In this document: piece by piece, positions 1-19,400 of the stretch
How positions within the stretch are numbered: position 1 is the first letter of the stretch
How the letters are laid out: the number at the start of each line of letters is the position of its first letter
Assembly: GCA_012026655.1 (NCBI GenBank)
Contig: JAAILG010000671.1
Coordinates: 1 to 64,000 of the forward strand
Reading direction: 5' to 3'
Length of the DNA: 64,000 bases
From: Hydrolagus affinis
Lineage: Eukaryota
Translations under genes and position numbers: made by a program
The notes under the pieces: generated by a model
The model's database searches: none
What the model saw: the letters and a program-made list of their open reading frames with translations, nothing else
Told to the model about the DNA's origin: nothing

Positions 1-2904
1 CTCCCCTTGGGACGAAAACGCGTAAGATAAGAGAGGCATTAGCATTTTCTGGGCAGAAATGCGTCAGAAAGCAGAGGAGGTTGGATACCCTAGATTCCTG
101 CAACTGATGATGGTGATGGAGATCCGAGCCATGAGCATTACCCACAGCTTCTTTCCAGATGGCTCTGGCTGTTGGCTGGCTCATAGTCATTGGTGATTCC
201 TTTCAGCTTTATTCCTTCACAAATAATAATAATTTAAAAAAATTGCTGTATTTGGCCAAGGGCCACGTTGCTGATTCCCTGTTTGTCACTGTTTCTTAGA
301 TCGTTTCAAAGTAAGTTCCAAATAATCTATGATGTTGCTGTACAGTGGTGTCCTGCTGTACAGATAAAAGGCCAGTTCCAATGCAAATATGTACTGTACA
401 CGTATGATATACTGCTTTTCAAATCGTGGGCTACAGCAATTTCATAATTTGCTAGCGGGATTAAACTACAAAATGAAGACCGACCATTCTGAAATGTTAA
501 GTGGGTTTCATCTTTTCATATATCAAAGCCACATGCATTTTTGGAAACAGTTTCGCTAATTTTTTAGCAAATATTATGAGCAATACATATTCCACATGCT
601 AAAAATTTAGATTTAAATATAATACAGTACATCAAATAGACATTAGCATCATCTTGTTGTAAGTGGCATTTATCACTGTGGTATTAATTATAAATGCTGT
701 TGTATGAAAGCTTCATTAATTGGTACATGCTTAACTCTACTACTTTCAAGAATAAAATTAAGCATTTAGAAATCTTGCAACATGTGCTTCAATTTTTGAT
801 TAAATCATTATTTTTGGTATTTATAAAATGTGCCTATCAAATTTTCTTTAGAATAAGTTTATGAAATCCATATCTATGATTTGTCAAAATTACTGATTCA
901 AAAATTGATTGAACGTCATTCTCCTGGGCTTTCATTCAAAATTGATTTGATAACCTGACCAAGAAAAATTTTGGTGACTAGGTGTGTAATATTTAATTGG
1001 TACAGTTCCAGTATGATCTTTAAAATTAATTAGGAAGCAGGTTGGGGTGGGGGGCGGGGGGAGAGATTAACTGCCAATGATTGATGAGACACACATTGAA
1101 GCAGTATTAAAATCTCTAGTCTTTCACTGCATTGGCTTTGAACCCATTCATTGATTACATATCACTTTGGGTTTCTGAATTCTAATAAGTGCCACAACTT
1201 TCTAACTACAGGGCTAAATGCTGCTGTTTTCAAATGAAGTTATTAAGAATAACAGTAAGTTACTCAAGCTGTGCACAGTCATTGTTCGCTGAGATGAAAA
1301 TAAAACATCCAAGATTGGATCATGGTGATTCATGGGCTGAAGCCAAAGTTTGCACTTTGACTCCCATTAGTGATCTAATGTAACATTACATATTTCAGAA
1401 GGGACATTCTAGAGATATGTAAAATGCTAATGGGATAGAGAAAGTAAGTCTGGAAGCTATTGTTATATGACATAAAGCAGCTGATCAGCAGAAGCCTAAA
1501 ATTGCACTTTGTGTTGGCCAGTAAAGCTATTTTGTGTTAGAATTTAAGGAGTGAACTTGCATTGTAACCCATTGAAATTGCAATGGGAAGTTGGTAGGGG
1601 TATTACTGTGATTTAGAAGGATAGGGTTAAACTGGCAGAAATCTTCATCCAAACTTAACTTGTTTTGTTGACATTTTTCAAAAGTTCTGTTGATTCATTT
1701 TCACAGGCACATTCGACGTCCAGATATTTAGTTTTCCCATTCAAGTAACTGATTTTTACAGGTATGGTAGTTTTAAATCTGTTTCAGAATATAAATGTTT
1801 TTTAAACTGAACCTTATTTGATAATAATTTAATGGGTTAAGTATTTGACTATTGTCTAAAAGGAGGAACTGTCTGCTTCAGCAAAGGGAACATTCTTGCA
1901 CTGAAACAGAAATTAACATTTTGTAACAATTTTTGGTCTGTTGAAAGGCTACTGCAAGTGAAGATGTTGTTTCTGTTCTATGTTAACAGCACAGAATATA
2001 ATTTGTGTAAAAGGCTAGATGTGAAGATGTGTATGATAAATGTAAAAAGTATTTAGCAATGGATTAGTGGTAGGCCTTCCCATCATCCAAACAGATAAAG
2101 AAGCTGGAATTTATTGTATAATTTATTTTATAATATTTTGTAGTGTATCACAATGGTAATATATGGTTTGCTTAAGAAATTGCTTTTGTCAGTAACTACT
2201 ACTACAGTATATATTTGCTGCTGATGAATGTGACTGAGTCATCACAGATAAAGAGCGAGGAGCTAAACAGCCCAGCTGTTTTGAGAATATATATATTTTT
2301 AATGAATTGATGGGAATACATGCAAAAAATAAACCATATTCTAAGAGATTTATTTAGAAGTTGTGTCATTATTTATATATGGATTATCCAATTAGCAAAG
2401 AAACAGAGGTAGACTTATTTCCATTAGTTGGATTAAAATCCTAAAAACTCTGACCAGACTACACTGAGAGTGCTGCGGAACAGTTGTGATGGCATAAGGG
2501 GACTATCCAGAAACTTCAGTCAGTACAGAGACGAACAACCACAAAAACAACAGTTGATATTTCTAAGTGTCATTCACAGCGAGCAGAGTCTTTCACATAG
2601 CTGACTGAGTATCTGTGATGGTGGTAAAGGGAGGTAAGGATGATAGGGAGGTGATGGTGGGGTACATGGCTGAAGGAAAGGTTGAAAAGATGGGTCTTAA
2701 ATTGGGCTTTGAAGGTGAGGGAGAGGGATAAGTAGAGGGAGTCCAGTGTGCAGTTCCAGTGAGTGGTGGCAGAATGGCTGAAAGCTCATTCACCGATAAT
2801 CAGTTAGCTGTTTTACTGAGAGCATCCAGGGGGTAGAGTTGCAGGAGGTCACAGGGATAACGGAGGAGAAAGGCCATCGTGTGATTTGAATGCAAAGTCA
2901 ATAA

Positions 2905-3230
2905 TAATGAGGCTGATTAAGAGGACCTAAACAAGCTAGGACTTTTCAACCTCAAAGATGTCCTGGAGAAAATGTTTTTATTAGATATATATTGGATTCT
3001 TTGAGGGTTAAAAAAACTAAATGCTAAAAAGTATATTCAGATATTTCAACTCTGCAGGACAACACAGCATAGTTCCAGTTTGAGAAGAATAGCGCAGAGC
3101 TCTATATGTTTATTTACACAGAGAAGTAATCAACCAGTATACCGAGAAAGGGGCTGAGGCCAGGTCGCTCAATTCATTGATGTATTGAGGAACACAGTCG
3201 GATGGGCCTTATGGAAAAATAAATTCAAGC
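2905..3230 (+). mobile_element. Degraded CR1 LINE 3' fragment
   Basis: Remnants of the CR1 ORF2 C-terminal motifs (L.KLGLF.L ... FTQRV.N ... EA.S...F) with indels. Confidence 0.5.
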
Positions 3231-6200
3231 GCACCCACCTCTTTATAAGATGCATCTTGTTAGTTGAGATTACACAAACATATTCAGGATCAATAATAAA
3301 CTGGTCTGTGTGATATACGCAGCTAATGTGAAAATCAATCCATATATATTGGAAGAATTCCATTTGAGTCTAGACTTACCCTCGTATGTGTCTTTGTATA
3401 GCTTGTAGAATTTGGCATTTTCTTAAATAGAGCCTTCATTTTAAAACTGGTCTTTTGTAATTTAAAAAAGAGAACTACAGCAATTCAGCTTGAAAGTAGA
3501 GGCTGAATGCACAAATTTGCTAAATTCCAGACATGCAAAATCAGTACAATTACAAACTAAATCTAGACCAGATTAAATTTCTCCTCCATAGTGTTCACTC
3601 TCTGAAAGGTGCCAATAGTAAAGTCTAATTTTCTTCTCTTTCTTGACTCATAGAATACAGCAAGACCAATGTAGTATAACATGCTGAAATCCATAATGAG
3701 GTAGGAGATATCACTGAGAATTCAAATCTTCTTGACAATTCAGTAAATATGATTCAAAAGAACCGTGACTCAATACCTAGAATGGAATTGTGAGGTTCCT
3801 GTAACCGAGTATAAGATGAGTCCACTTTCCAGCACAAGAACTATATAAGATTCAAGAACATAGATGTAAGAATAAACAGGCACAAGGTAACGCATTGAAA
3901 AGGATACTTGAACACTTTTAAATTTTGCCTACTCTGTAGAGGTGAGCATAGTTATGATACTTTCTCTTTTTTAAACAAAAAAAGTGTGTCTTGATTTAAA
4001 ATGGAGATTGTCCAAATGTGATCTTGATGTATTTAAACCAATGCTACAGCTGTTGACAGATTCCTACAGTGCAATGTCTAGACCTCAGGACAGTGGGAAT
4101 TTAATTCCTCCATTTCCCTTCACCACCAAATTTTGACACTCATTAAAATACAGTATTGTGACATATGGATGAAGCAGTAGTTAGTAAAAGCTGTTCTTGG
4201 AACATTCTGTGCTGTGAAGATATCCTGATTTTACAGAAACAGATGGAATCTGCTAATATGAAAGCATTCAGTTTGCTTCATCGGTTTCATTTTCTCTCCA
4301 CCCCAAGCAGTTTTAATGGCAAAAATCTGCTACAGTGGCTTCCAATTGGGGAAATATTTTAAAAACTCTGAAATTGCAGGGGTCAACATTTCATCTGTAA
4401 ACCAATCGTATTTTCACATTGTATGGCATCATGGAATGCATATTAGCATCCTGTTTTATAAAGGTTATTGCAAGTCAATTATCTTAATTAAATGCTGCCT
4501 GGCAAGATGAATGAAGGAAAAATATAGTAATTGTGCCAATTTCACTTCATTTGGAGAGAGTTCATTCCAACAATCTATCACCGGGATTTCTATGTGTAGG
4601 TAGGATGCATGCAAATATCCCAGCTTGGTTTGGATACCTTTTAAGTATGCTGATGAGTTTCTGTATTTGGTGATGTGCTGACCATAATAAACGTAATTTG
4701 GTGCAGTATTGTCACAGTATTGCAGGTGTTGCAAATAATCAATGTTGGGTAAATAGGGTGAATATAGTGTACATTAATGATATAAATGAATCAATGTTTT
4801 CATTAGTTACATAACAGTTTTAACACTGATGCTGGGACAAGGTGGAAAAGTCAGCCAGGTTATGATTCTAATCGTTTTCCAGCAATCACTTTGGGTAGGT
4901 GCATGCTTGTTAACTGGAGATGAAAACAGCAATGTAATGTAGTAGTGGTAGTAATAATAATACAGTAATTCTATTCATTGCATTTGGTGTAGCTCCTGTG
5001 GAATATGTCTCAAAAGAACTTCATAGGATACTGTCTACTGTGCTTGTGGGCGAATCACAGTTGTAATTTTAGCAGAAATCATCATGTGAAATGTCACTAG
5101 GGATTTTATTCCATGTACTATACAGTTTCCTCTGAGCACTGACAGTAGCCTATCTTAAAGGAGTGGGGGGAAATCACAGAAATAAACGTAGTGACAAAGG
5201 ATGTGCTTCCATGATGGGCTGGGGAATTATCCCCTGTGTATTCCCAGGTGGGACAGGTAGACCTTGGCAGCAGAAAAGTTAATAAGAATCGAATATTGTC
5301 ATTGCTCTAAAGTTCAGTGTTTGTCATGGTTTTGGACTAAATGCATTTTTAAACTTAAATGGTAGTATAAAATCAAACTGGGGACAGTTGAACTTTTCAT
5401 CAGTCACAGTATTTTCTCTTTTTAAACAAACGTTTATAAAACATTTGAATAGCTTTGCAGGAAAAATCATTTGCAGGCAATGCTGAATTATTCAAGTAAA
5501 GTCGAGAGTGACCGATTTTGTGATAGAACAGCATTAGTCAACATAATTGTACATTTCAACACCACACCATTCTCAATCCAGTGCAAATAAATCTGGGAAC
5601 AAATATTGTTTGTGGTCATTTTAAGATATTCAAGGACAATATATCACTAGGAGCACATTTTCTTGAACTAAGATTTTTCTTAAAACAACAAGTTGCAAAA
5701 ATGTGCTCCTCTGTTTCATAGACCTGTGCAGATATAGCTATGACAACCATTCTGAAAACTGATTATGATTGGTAGCATTGCAAAAATCCCTTGTAGCACA
5801 TAATCTTGTTCCCCTGCAGCCTCTCGGCCCCTCACTCAATTCCACCATTAGTTTGTTGCTGCCCTTTGAAGGTCAACACAAATTAAATACTTTGCAGCGT
5901 TGCTATCTTGTGCCAGATGTAACCCTTCCTTAAATCTAAATATTGGAATCTATTTTTAAAATGGTAGTATCTTGTTAGATGCACTCATGGTTGCATGAGC
6001 TCCATTAATTTACTTTTGCCCAGTTTTAGACATTTAATGCTGGAGTTGTAGACCACAGCTTTGGATCTGCTGATCACAAATTTGTGTTCATCATTGTTTC
6101 AGCAGAATTGATCAGTAAGTTTCCTTTTTCTAAACTATTTTCAAAATAGTTAGACCATTCTTTGCTTTGATATATCCTTTGATGTAAGGTAGAATCCTGC

Positions 6201-6795
6201 AACCAGGGGAATCCCTACTTTCAGCAGGAGTGAAATGTCAGCAATACATTAACATTTGGTTGTCTTAAAATTTGATAGCATAATAAAACTTTTTAATTTA
6301 GAACCATTTATTTTGTGAATAAGATTTATTTTGCTACTTGCTTACATCTGTCATGTACAGATTAAAATGCTTAACACAATAATATGGATTTAGTTAAAAT
6401 AAATTACAATTGAACACCAGCAAAATAGCAAAAGTTATTACATTATTAATGTTGCCGTAGGTAACACTAGTGGATTCAAAAAGATAATGGTGATTTGGTC
6501 AAGAACTGCATTATTATATCAACTTTTTTCACAAGTCTTTGATTTGGACTTTGATCCAGGACGGGATCTGAATGTTTCACATCTAAAGTCTACGCAGCAA
6601 CGTTGCTGTGTTTGGCATCAGTAAAATGCTTGAGAAAAGCCAAGAATGGTTGATGTAAAATAATTATATTTCAAGCAAAACATTTGACACAGAATAGCAT
6701 GCTGCAAGGGGAGCACAATGCTATTGTTGTCTTTGTTCAATCTTCATGTCTAATGTTTCATTGAGTGTTATCAGTTAATATACTATTTCCTCATT

Positions 6796-6850
6796 TTTGT
6801 TTGTCCATGCCCTACTCAGATTTTTTTGTCCATGCCCTACTTGGATTTTT
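6796..6850. repeat. 25-bp tandem duplication (tttgtccatgccctact..gattttt)
   Basis: Read directly from the sequence. Confidence 0.7.
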
Positions 6851-9029
6851 CAATCCATATTTAGAATCTTGTTCTATCAGGTCAAGCAATTAATCTAACA
6901 TTAAAATTGTTATTTAGGAAACAGTTATAAACGTTTTGAAACTTCAGCTATTTATTTTTATGTATTGTTGCATGTTGTCATGGAGCGCTACTTCCTGTTA
7001 ACCCAAACTGAGGAGGTAATGTTGAAAACATTCCGTGTTAAAAGCTCACTCTTAAAGCTACTGTACATATTCATTTTGATTGACCATAAATACTATATTT
7101 CAGTAACCCTTGGGAGCCTTATTGTGCAGGAAATCAAGTGATTTAATAATTTGTATTAAAATGCTTCTTTGATCAAGATTTTAGTATACTGTACCAAGTT
7201 TATTTAAGAATTTAGCATGCTTTCTTTGGTTTAATTATTGTATCTTCCTGAAGAGATAGTGGAGGGATGTTGCTGCTTAAAATTGCTACAATCTATTACA
7301 AAATACACAATCGCTGTCAGATCCTGTAAAGCCATTTGAGATGTCTTCCTGGCTTGAGAGGTGCTATAATCAAACATAAGCATTATTATTAGAATCTAGA
7401 ATACCAAATCTATCCTGCCTGTTTATTAAATATAGAATTACAAATCACTTTACTCAGTAATAATTTCTATTTACAATATCTCGATAACCAAATATAATTA
7501 TCTTAGAGGATCTAATTTTGAAATGATTGGCCTGGTTAATCTAAAATTGTGAAATGAGAATCTGCATTACTTTCATTTCACACCTTCGAATGTGTCTAAA
7601 TGTACAGAGCGTAAATAGAATTATATTTGGACAATATGCACTGGTGGTGATATCTAGGAAGTATAAAACAGGATTGGATAAAGTGAACAAAAGGTCTTTA
7701 TTTGTCAGATTGATATCTCTTACAAGAGATTTTTATGGATGAAATCTTACTTGATCTGGGAGCCACGCCTTACCCATTCTTCCTTGATCCACTGAAGGGC
7801 AGAATTGATGTAATTTGTGGTGTACCTTCTGACATTCTTTCTCACTGAATCCTGCAGCAGAGGGTAGCCTGACAAAGATGGAAGTGAATGAATTTCACTT
7901 GTGAACCAGATGATAGGTGTTAGTAGACTAATGTGATCATGTAGCACACACATGTGCTTTGATTATTTATGTATATAGCTGCCATATTGTAAACTGATTA
8001 CGTGTCATTATCAGTATCTTTGTAGTTTAGTGTTATTCTTGGACTGAGAAGCTTCTGCAGAGCATCTTGTTCAATTGAAGCCTGGCAATACTTTGAGTAA
8101 TGGCGTGAACAAAGATCCCTAAGCATTGAAGGCTTGAATATTTGAACACCATTTCAATGCTGTGTCACTTCCATTTTAAGGTGGTAATTCCTTTCATTGT
8201 ATATTACTAATATTCAGAGTATATTATGAATAATATATGCTGTATTATTTGATGTAGAGTATTAATCTATTTAGCATACAGCCTTCCCATTCATTCTAAA
8301 TTAGCAATGGGAGAGAATTTGTTTTATTGATTATGTGCCACCAATAGAAATAATGTTTTTTATAAAACTGAATTTAATTTCTCATTTGGTAATCTTCAAT
8401 TATTAAAGATGCAGTGCATTTATCTTTAAAAGGGCATGCAATTTGACCTCCTGTGAGATTTTTAATCTTTCTGTAATTAAAGTTTAAGCACTACCATTTT
8501 GGTTCTGGTTTTTCATTTATTTCTATATGATTCCGTGTGAATTTCTGTAACTGTAGAGTTATATATAAAACAAACTCACAGTGGCAGGATGTAACATTAA
8601 TTGAGTACATGTTGCTGATGTGTGATAAAAACCTAGCTGTGTTTGTACTATGGGGTTTTATGTTGCAAATGCCACTTCTGGGAATGGAACATTTTCACAA
8701 TTTTAGCCCAGTGTTTGCAAAGGCTTTGGAGTGAGATTGCTTGCTGATTGATGTTGGACTATTGAACAGTTTTGGGGTTGGGGCGCCCTAAGCTTCTTCA
8801 AAATTACAATCCTTCCACCAATCTTTACTTTTGTTAGTATGGACTGGAATTAAACCCATTTCCAAACATGAAAGAATGCAGTTTTACTTCTGCACATTCC
8901 AATCATGTTCCTAGCTGTAATTACATTTTGGACTAAAATTGTGAAAATGTTTTTAAATTTAGTCTTTATCCCATTCAGTATTATGTGTGCGTGTGCTGTG
9001 TGCTGCACAAAACATACAAAAAAAGGTTC

Positions 9030-9205
9030 AAGCTGAGGTGTCTCGAGAGTGAAGAGAGCTGGCATATCCAGTATTTCCTTTTAGCTCATCCCTTAAACCC
9101 TAGGGATCCGCCTTGTGCTCTTTCCTGTACTGTCTCCAGGGCCTGGCACTCATGTTGAAGGGACCTGAGCTGTGTGCAAGGCACCAAAGTGTGGACTGAG
9201 CTTGA
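9030..9205 (-). mobile_element. Degraded CR1 LINE fragment (other probable CR1 remnants at ~4520-4660 -, 9700-10310 +, 46640-47200 -)
   Basis: Remnants of PHL...Q...P ... LE.VQ..A.R.IP ... LFTLE motifs. Confidence 0.5.
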
Positions 9206-12200
9206 CTTATTTTGGGGAATTATAAATTCAAAATAAATCTTAAAGGTAGCCCAGCTTTCTGACTGATGAGTTGAGGCAAGTTGAGCACTCTAGTTGAGTG
9301 TCAAAAATCTGTGTGGAGCAAACTTGCACACGATCACTTCCAATTGAAAATAAAGCATGAACATACCTGAGGGAGGAGATATTTATGACATCAAAGGCAC
9401 AACAACTTTGACTGAATGGGGCACAAACCCCCCACCAAATCTCCAGAAGTTGACATGGTTTAGTTGCAAAATACAAGATTCCAATGTTTTGCGGAATAAG
9501 ACCTGTCACTGGTTGCATCTCTGCAAAGTTATCATGACAAAATCATTTTATTTTGGCAAAATAGGCATTTTTATTTAGAAAAATGATTGTTATAACTCGT
9601 GTGGAAAATGTCTCTCCTGGCCAGCAATGAGGGTTGGGTTTAGAGAATCTCTCAACGTTTGGATTAGGACACATTCATGGGAGTTGTTGGTTTTGTGATG
9701 GACAAATACAGATTGCAATCATGGATGAAGCCATCTTTCAAGGGTAACGACATTTTGAGGTTATGTCAATGAATAATGTTCGCTATTGAGAAAATATGTA
9801 TATGCAACAGTTAGGGATTAAGCTATAAGGAAGTACTAGATGTGACAGCTCTCTTCAGTCTCAAGACAGCTCAGATGGAGCCTACTATGCACACGTGTAA
9901 TATTGAATGGGATGAAGACTAAATGTAACTCCAGCAGAACGCTTTCAGCTGTACCAAGAAAGCAATAGCTTTGGGCTTTTTTTCATTGGCTCCTTTCACG
10001 CAACAAATCGATCATCACTGTTGTATAATGCCTTGTCACATTATATAACTAACTTTATAGGTGTGCACAATGATATAGGAAGGAGGGTGATCCAGCACAC
10101 AATGCAACTGTTTCGTGGAGGGCAAGTTTGGAATGTCTATATCTGATGTTTCTTTGTGCAAACAGTAAGTGACAAGAAAAACATTTGAGACTTAAGGTGT
10201 TGGATTCATTTAATAAATGGATAGATGCTTTACTGGGAAAACGCATATATTCTAGAAGGATGAGATCAAATGGACCAATGACCCTTCTTCATCCCATCCT
10301 CTCTTGTAATATGGTCATGATTGACTGGAAAGATTTCACACAAGTCTTTATGCAAACCTAATTTTTTTTAAAAAAAATTAAGTATACTTAAAAATAAGTT
10401 TTAATCTAGGGATAGTTAGGTCAGAATGAACAAATATGCTGAATGGATTTACTTCCTTAGCTGACAAATTGTAGGATGGTCAACTTGACAATATCCAACT
10501 GACCTACAATTTCATTTCCCAGGACGATGAAGAGTCATGTCAAGGAACCGTTTTCACTGAGAGTAAAGAGGTTCTCAATTATATATTGAAATATGCAAGA
10601 ATATGTACTTTGTTGTAGAGAACCTTTTATGTTAGTCCATTGCATTTTAAGATAGTTATGTGGAAGCATCCTTCATTGGGCTTTGGAAGTCTTATCATTT
10701 GGTTTTGGGTGAAACTCATAATTTTTTTATGATCCTTTTTACCTAATGTATCCATGGTTTGCAGAAGGTAATTTTATTTGAAGAAGAATAATAAGTGCTG
10801 TAATTTAATGAGAAGCTACAATATTAATATGATGCATGACTACTAAAGTAACATTCCAAGAAAACATATCTAGACCATACTTTTTCCATACTTTTCAGCA
10901 CCTCGGACGTCCTCCTGACATGAAAGGCACTATACAAGTGTAATTTTGTTGTTGTTGTAATGCTTCAGTTCACCAACTATTCTGAATACTGCTTTTTTTT
11001 TTGAAAAAAAAGTGTTCAATGACATTTTGTAATCAAGGCCTGAGACTAACAGAGCTTCAGGACAGAAATAAACCAGCATTTTCCCTGGCCACCTAAACAT
11101 GGCAATTGAAAACACTGATCCCTTAATGTTGTGTGATGTCTTGTCAGATTAGACAGCTGCAAACTTTACTTATTAAATCCATGAGGAAGCTGTACGACAT
11201 ACTCTAACCAGATCAGGAAACTGTTTCTTGTTGTTGCAGAATGATGAAATTGATTTATTTCAGCAGTATTTTGCAAAGGCGCCTTATGAAAAAATGTCAA
11301 AACTTTGTTCAGTGACAAGTGAAGTATTGTCGCAGTTTACTCCATTTATTTTTTAAAAAGTTTTTGTTCTGGACAAATTAACTTATTTCCCCCATCTTTA
11401 TTACTCAACAACAACAAAATTACACTTGTATAGCGCCTTTCACGTCAGGAGGACATCCCAAGGCAGTTGGACATTTTAGCACTCTAGACATTTTAGAAAA
11501 TATTTTGTTTCTCTAACTTTTTAATCAAGAGCAGTGAATTTCAAGAACTTTATTTGCAACAAAGTTATAAAGCTAAATATTTTGTGGAGATGGGTGACTC
11601 AACTTAATGAGCAGAAAATAGTTTTGCCCGGTCATGTTTATGAATGTAAAAATGACCTTGTTGAGAACAGTAAAGATATCTTTTTAGGAATGTTGTTTTT
11701 CTGCAGTTCTGTCCAGTAAACACATGGTTAACTGTCACTGGTGATAAATGGGCTGAAGACATGTACAGATAAATTTGAAAGCTCGCTACATTGAGATTCA
11801 TAATTTTGTAAATCTTTCTCATTAGTGCAATCAAAATATTCCTGCCTGAAAGTCAGTGAATGAAAAAAACACGCATCACATATAGGACTATTAACCATAT
11901 GTCACTTATTAGTCCATACAACTATAAACAATAAATCCAGCATTTCTTACTCCTAAGATGATGTTAATGGCAGGGAAGCAGGAGAGGTGCCAGGATTCAG
12001 TTCCTTAAATATTAACTGTTTCTAAATGTACCAAAACCGACCCACAACAGAATTACATTTGTAGAGCGCCTTTCACGTTGGGAAGACATCCCAAGGCGCT
12101 GAAGCACATCATAGAAAGTGTTAAATTGTGTGATAAATTCAAGTGATACCTAACCGATATTATGTTAGTTTCCAATGAGCAGGCAGGGTAGAATGCTTAG

Positions 12201-12547
12201 GCGGAAGTTTAGAATACGTCTCAAAAGTCAGAATGATTTTCAAAAATTCTCAAACGCTTGTGTGTCATTCATAACATCCACAAGGGGGCATATTGTCACA
12301 GAAGCTGAAGAGTGCATTGTTATCTATTTTATCTGCAAGGTTACAAAAATGTGCATTCCCTTACACAGGACAGAACTGTAGATTTGGTGGTGTGAAATGG
12401 GAAATACATAGGTAACGTGTGTAATTTGATGACATGGTCATGAGCCTCCCTCCTTAAGGTCTTGTGACAACGTAAATTGTGCCATATTTGATGGAAAGCA
12501 GGAGTCGTCTTAACTTCCATCGATTTCTTTATTTTAGTTAGTGCAAA

Positions 12548-16458
<3,911 letters not shown>

Positions 16459-19400
16459 GCGCCATTTACTCTCTTGTAATTTTAAAAATTATATTTAAGT
16501 CATTTCAGCACTGGGATAGTTTATGCTATAGATCGGGGAAGAACTTTCACAAGACCTCTGCCATGCCGAGGGGGCAGCCACAGACATCATGGAAAACGTC
16601 ACACTTTATTTTGCCTTTTTTTTTTGTCATTACTCATTCCTTCATAACAAAGTACTGTAGCATGCAGTATGCAAAATGTTTAGAGAATTCTTGTATTTTA
16701 GTGACCTATTGTAAGGTGCTGATGTTGCAACATTATTCTATTTTACTGTACATCCAGCACAGGTAAGTTTTAAGCTTTCTGCACATAAGCAACCAATGGG
16801 TTCAGAGTCAATTGGAAAGTCACAGGACACCCATATTATCGTCTGCCTACTGAGCATCTATTGATTCTGCTGCCAATTATGTCAGTTTTTTTAAAATTAA
16901 AAATTAGTGATTGATGGTTGCTCGGAGAGGGACAGTCTCTGCAAAATGTATGTTCTTAGTGCTCAAGATTCATGGAATCCTGTTGTGTGCTATCCATCTA
17001 GCGACAAACAAAGTTTCTTATGCCGTTAAATGTGGAATAAATGTTGTCATTGTCTGAATCGAAACAATGGTATGTCGTAAAATTATGCTTACGGTCATGA
17101 ATTTGACAGTGCTCTTGTGTTCAGTTTGCATAAGTATAGGTTTCACTGGATTTACTTCAGGCTTTAAGAAGTTTTGTCTTGAGATTTGTTTTATTGGTGG
17201 TTTAAGACGAGAGCATGCTAACTAAAATGGCATTAACATTTTTTACAAAAACAATAGTTCATTTGCGTTTGAAAGTTACTAGATGTATCTACAAAGAGAC
17301 TCAAACCCCTGCACAAGTGGGAGTGTGCAATCATCGATTTTAAAACTGGAGACAAAAGTTTGGGGTTTTGAGAGCAGTGGTCTGGGTTTACGTGGAGAAT
17401 CAATGCATGCAATAGCCACTGGCATGTGCAAGTGTATTGGAAACTTGTCCTGAGCATTGGTTAACTTGTGATTCAGATTCGCAAGATCCTCTGACACCCC
17501 CAATTGGCCTGTCTAATAAATTTCATAATGCTATTTACACAAGCTTTCATGATCACTGAATTATCAGGCAACTTATAACTAGTTAAAAGTATATAACCGG
17601 CTTTCTTTCCGGGTTGAGGCACTGCCTAAAGGCAGTCAATTGTCAGAAATCATAAAATATCGGAGTTCATTGTTGACGCAGTACTTTTTACGCTGTATGA
17701 ACATGAGAATAAAACAAGGTTATCTAAACTGCATAGGATATATTAAGCAAGAACCACGTGCTAAAAAATTGTTCACAACCAGGTACATGTCCAAGTAACA
17801 ACAGCAAAAATAAATTACACTTGTATAGTTAATAATAAATAATAAAACCTTACTGTAAATGATCAGTGGTCAGTCCTCCATCGGGAATAGTAAAGAATGG
17901 CAATTGTATTTTTCTTGTGCAGTGCAGTACTTACACTTATGTTTTTTCTTGTGTAAGGTAATATTTTGCCTGACTAGATCCTCAGATCCGGTGCTAGTAC
18001 ATTGTGTTTGTTATTTTGAGGCTGCGCTTTGTTCAGTAACTTTCCCCAAATTATGAATTTATTCAGTGCAATATGGAGTATCATTGTAAATGTACATTTC
18101 GGACAGCGAGTGGGGTGTTTTTTAAAAGTAGACTTTCTGCAACAACAGTTGCAAAGTCAAATGCAGTAGTTCTAATGGTGCTAAATTGTGTATTTAGGTA
18201 AGAATAGCCGGCGAGGGATGAAGGTTCACAAGATCAGAACAAATAAGCGTGTATTTCCTCAAACAACATAAATTGCTCAGCTTATGGTATTTCCCCAAGT
18301 AAGACATAAACCGATCCATAACATCTATCCCTCCACATAAGCAACGATGACATTCAGATGCCTTTATAGAAAATGTACCCTGCATTCTAGACCCAACTAA
18401 GTAAAGCAGCCTACTCATCTCACGGTTAGAGCAAACCTATTGAGGATGGTATATCTTGTAAAGCTTCTGTGAATTTTGAGCCTCATACATATTGTGCAAG
18501 ATCTGTTTCTGTCTAGTTTGCTTCTTACCTGTGCATAGGATACAACCTTAATCTCTTCAGACGATATTGTTCTAATGATTTGTACTTCTCTTGTCAACAA
18601 GGCACACAAACCAAGCAGGCTGACATTTTAGATTACTGAAGCAGATCTGCACGCAGTTCATTATTAAAACATATTTTTATTTTGAACAATAAACATTTTG
18701 CTTTGTTCAGAAACTTTAGGGAATTTGTCAGTGCACTTTCAATTGAAAACATCCCACTATACGCAATTTTTTAACCCAATTTGCTACAATTAACAAAATA
18801 GAAAATGTCCTCAGAGGTTTCTTAAATGGTTTGCATCATTCGTGAATAAAATACTGGTTTTAACTACAATAAATATTGATTGCAACACAGCGTTTTAAAG
18901 ATTACTGAAATATATTGCATGATCACTATACTAGTTAAGAAACAGTAACTGGCAACATTGAGAATAAATGCTTTGAGCACTTAAAATCCATCCAAACAAT
19001 CAACTTTCTTATTGCATGACAAAGTCAATCAGTAGCATCCTTTGCTCATTTAATCGTTGCAATTTACAAATGGATAATGTTGTCTAAAAGATGCTGATGT
19101 GGAATCAGGGTTTGTGTTTTCAGGCCAGACATAAACTGGAAAATGTTCATCCCATGTGCACCTTACTCAGCTTTAAATCGTTCATATTTTATTTAAGTTA
19201 ACAATTAAAGCATTTTCCCACAGGCATTGGCTTTCATTTTTAAAACATGCATTTCCCATATCAGTTGGCATGGTGGGCATGCAAACCTGTGACCTCTTGA
19301 CATTACAATGTCCACTTATCGAGCTGCAAGATGGCCTCTTATATTTTTCTCTCTTTTGTGCCCTGAAACTGTAATGCTGTAACAACTTGTGTAGCACTCG

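Noticed and set aside
1-12537. DNAJC5 promoter, non-coding exon 1, or another gene in the first 12.5 kb
   Set aside because: No CpG island or convincing exon; the content is consistent with intron sequence containing decayed CR1/L2 fragments.
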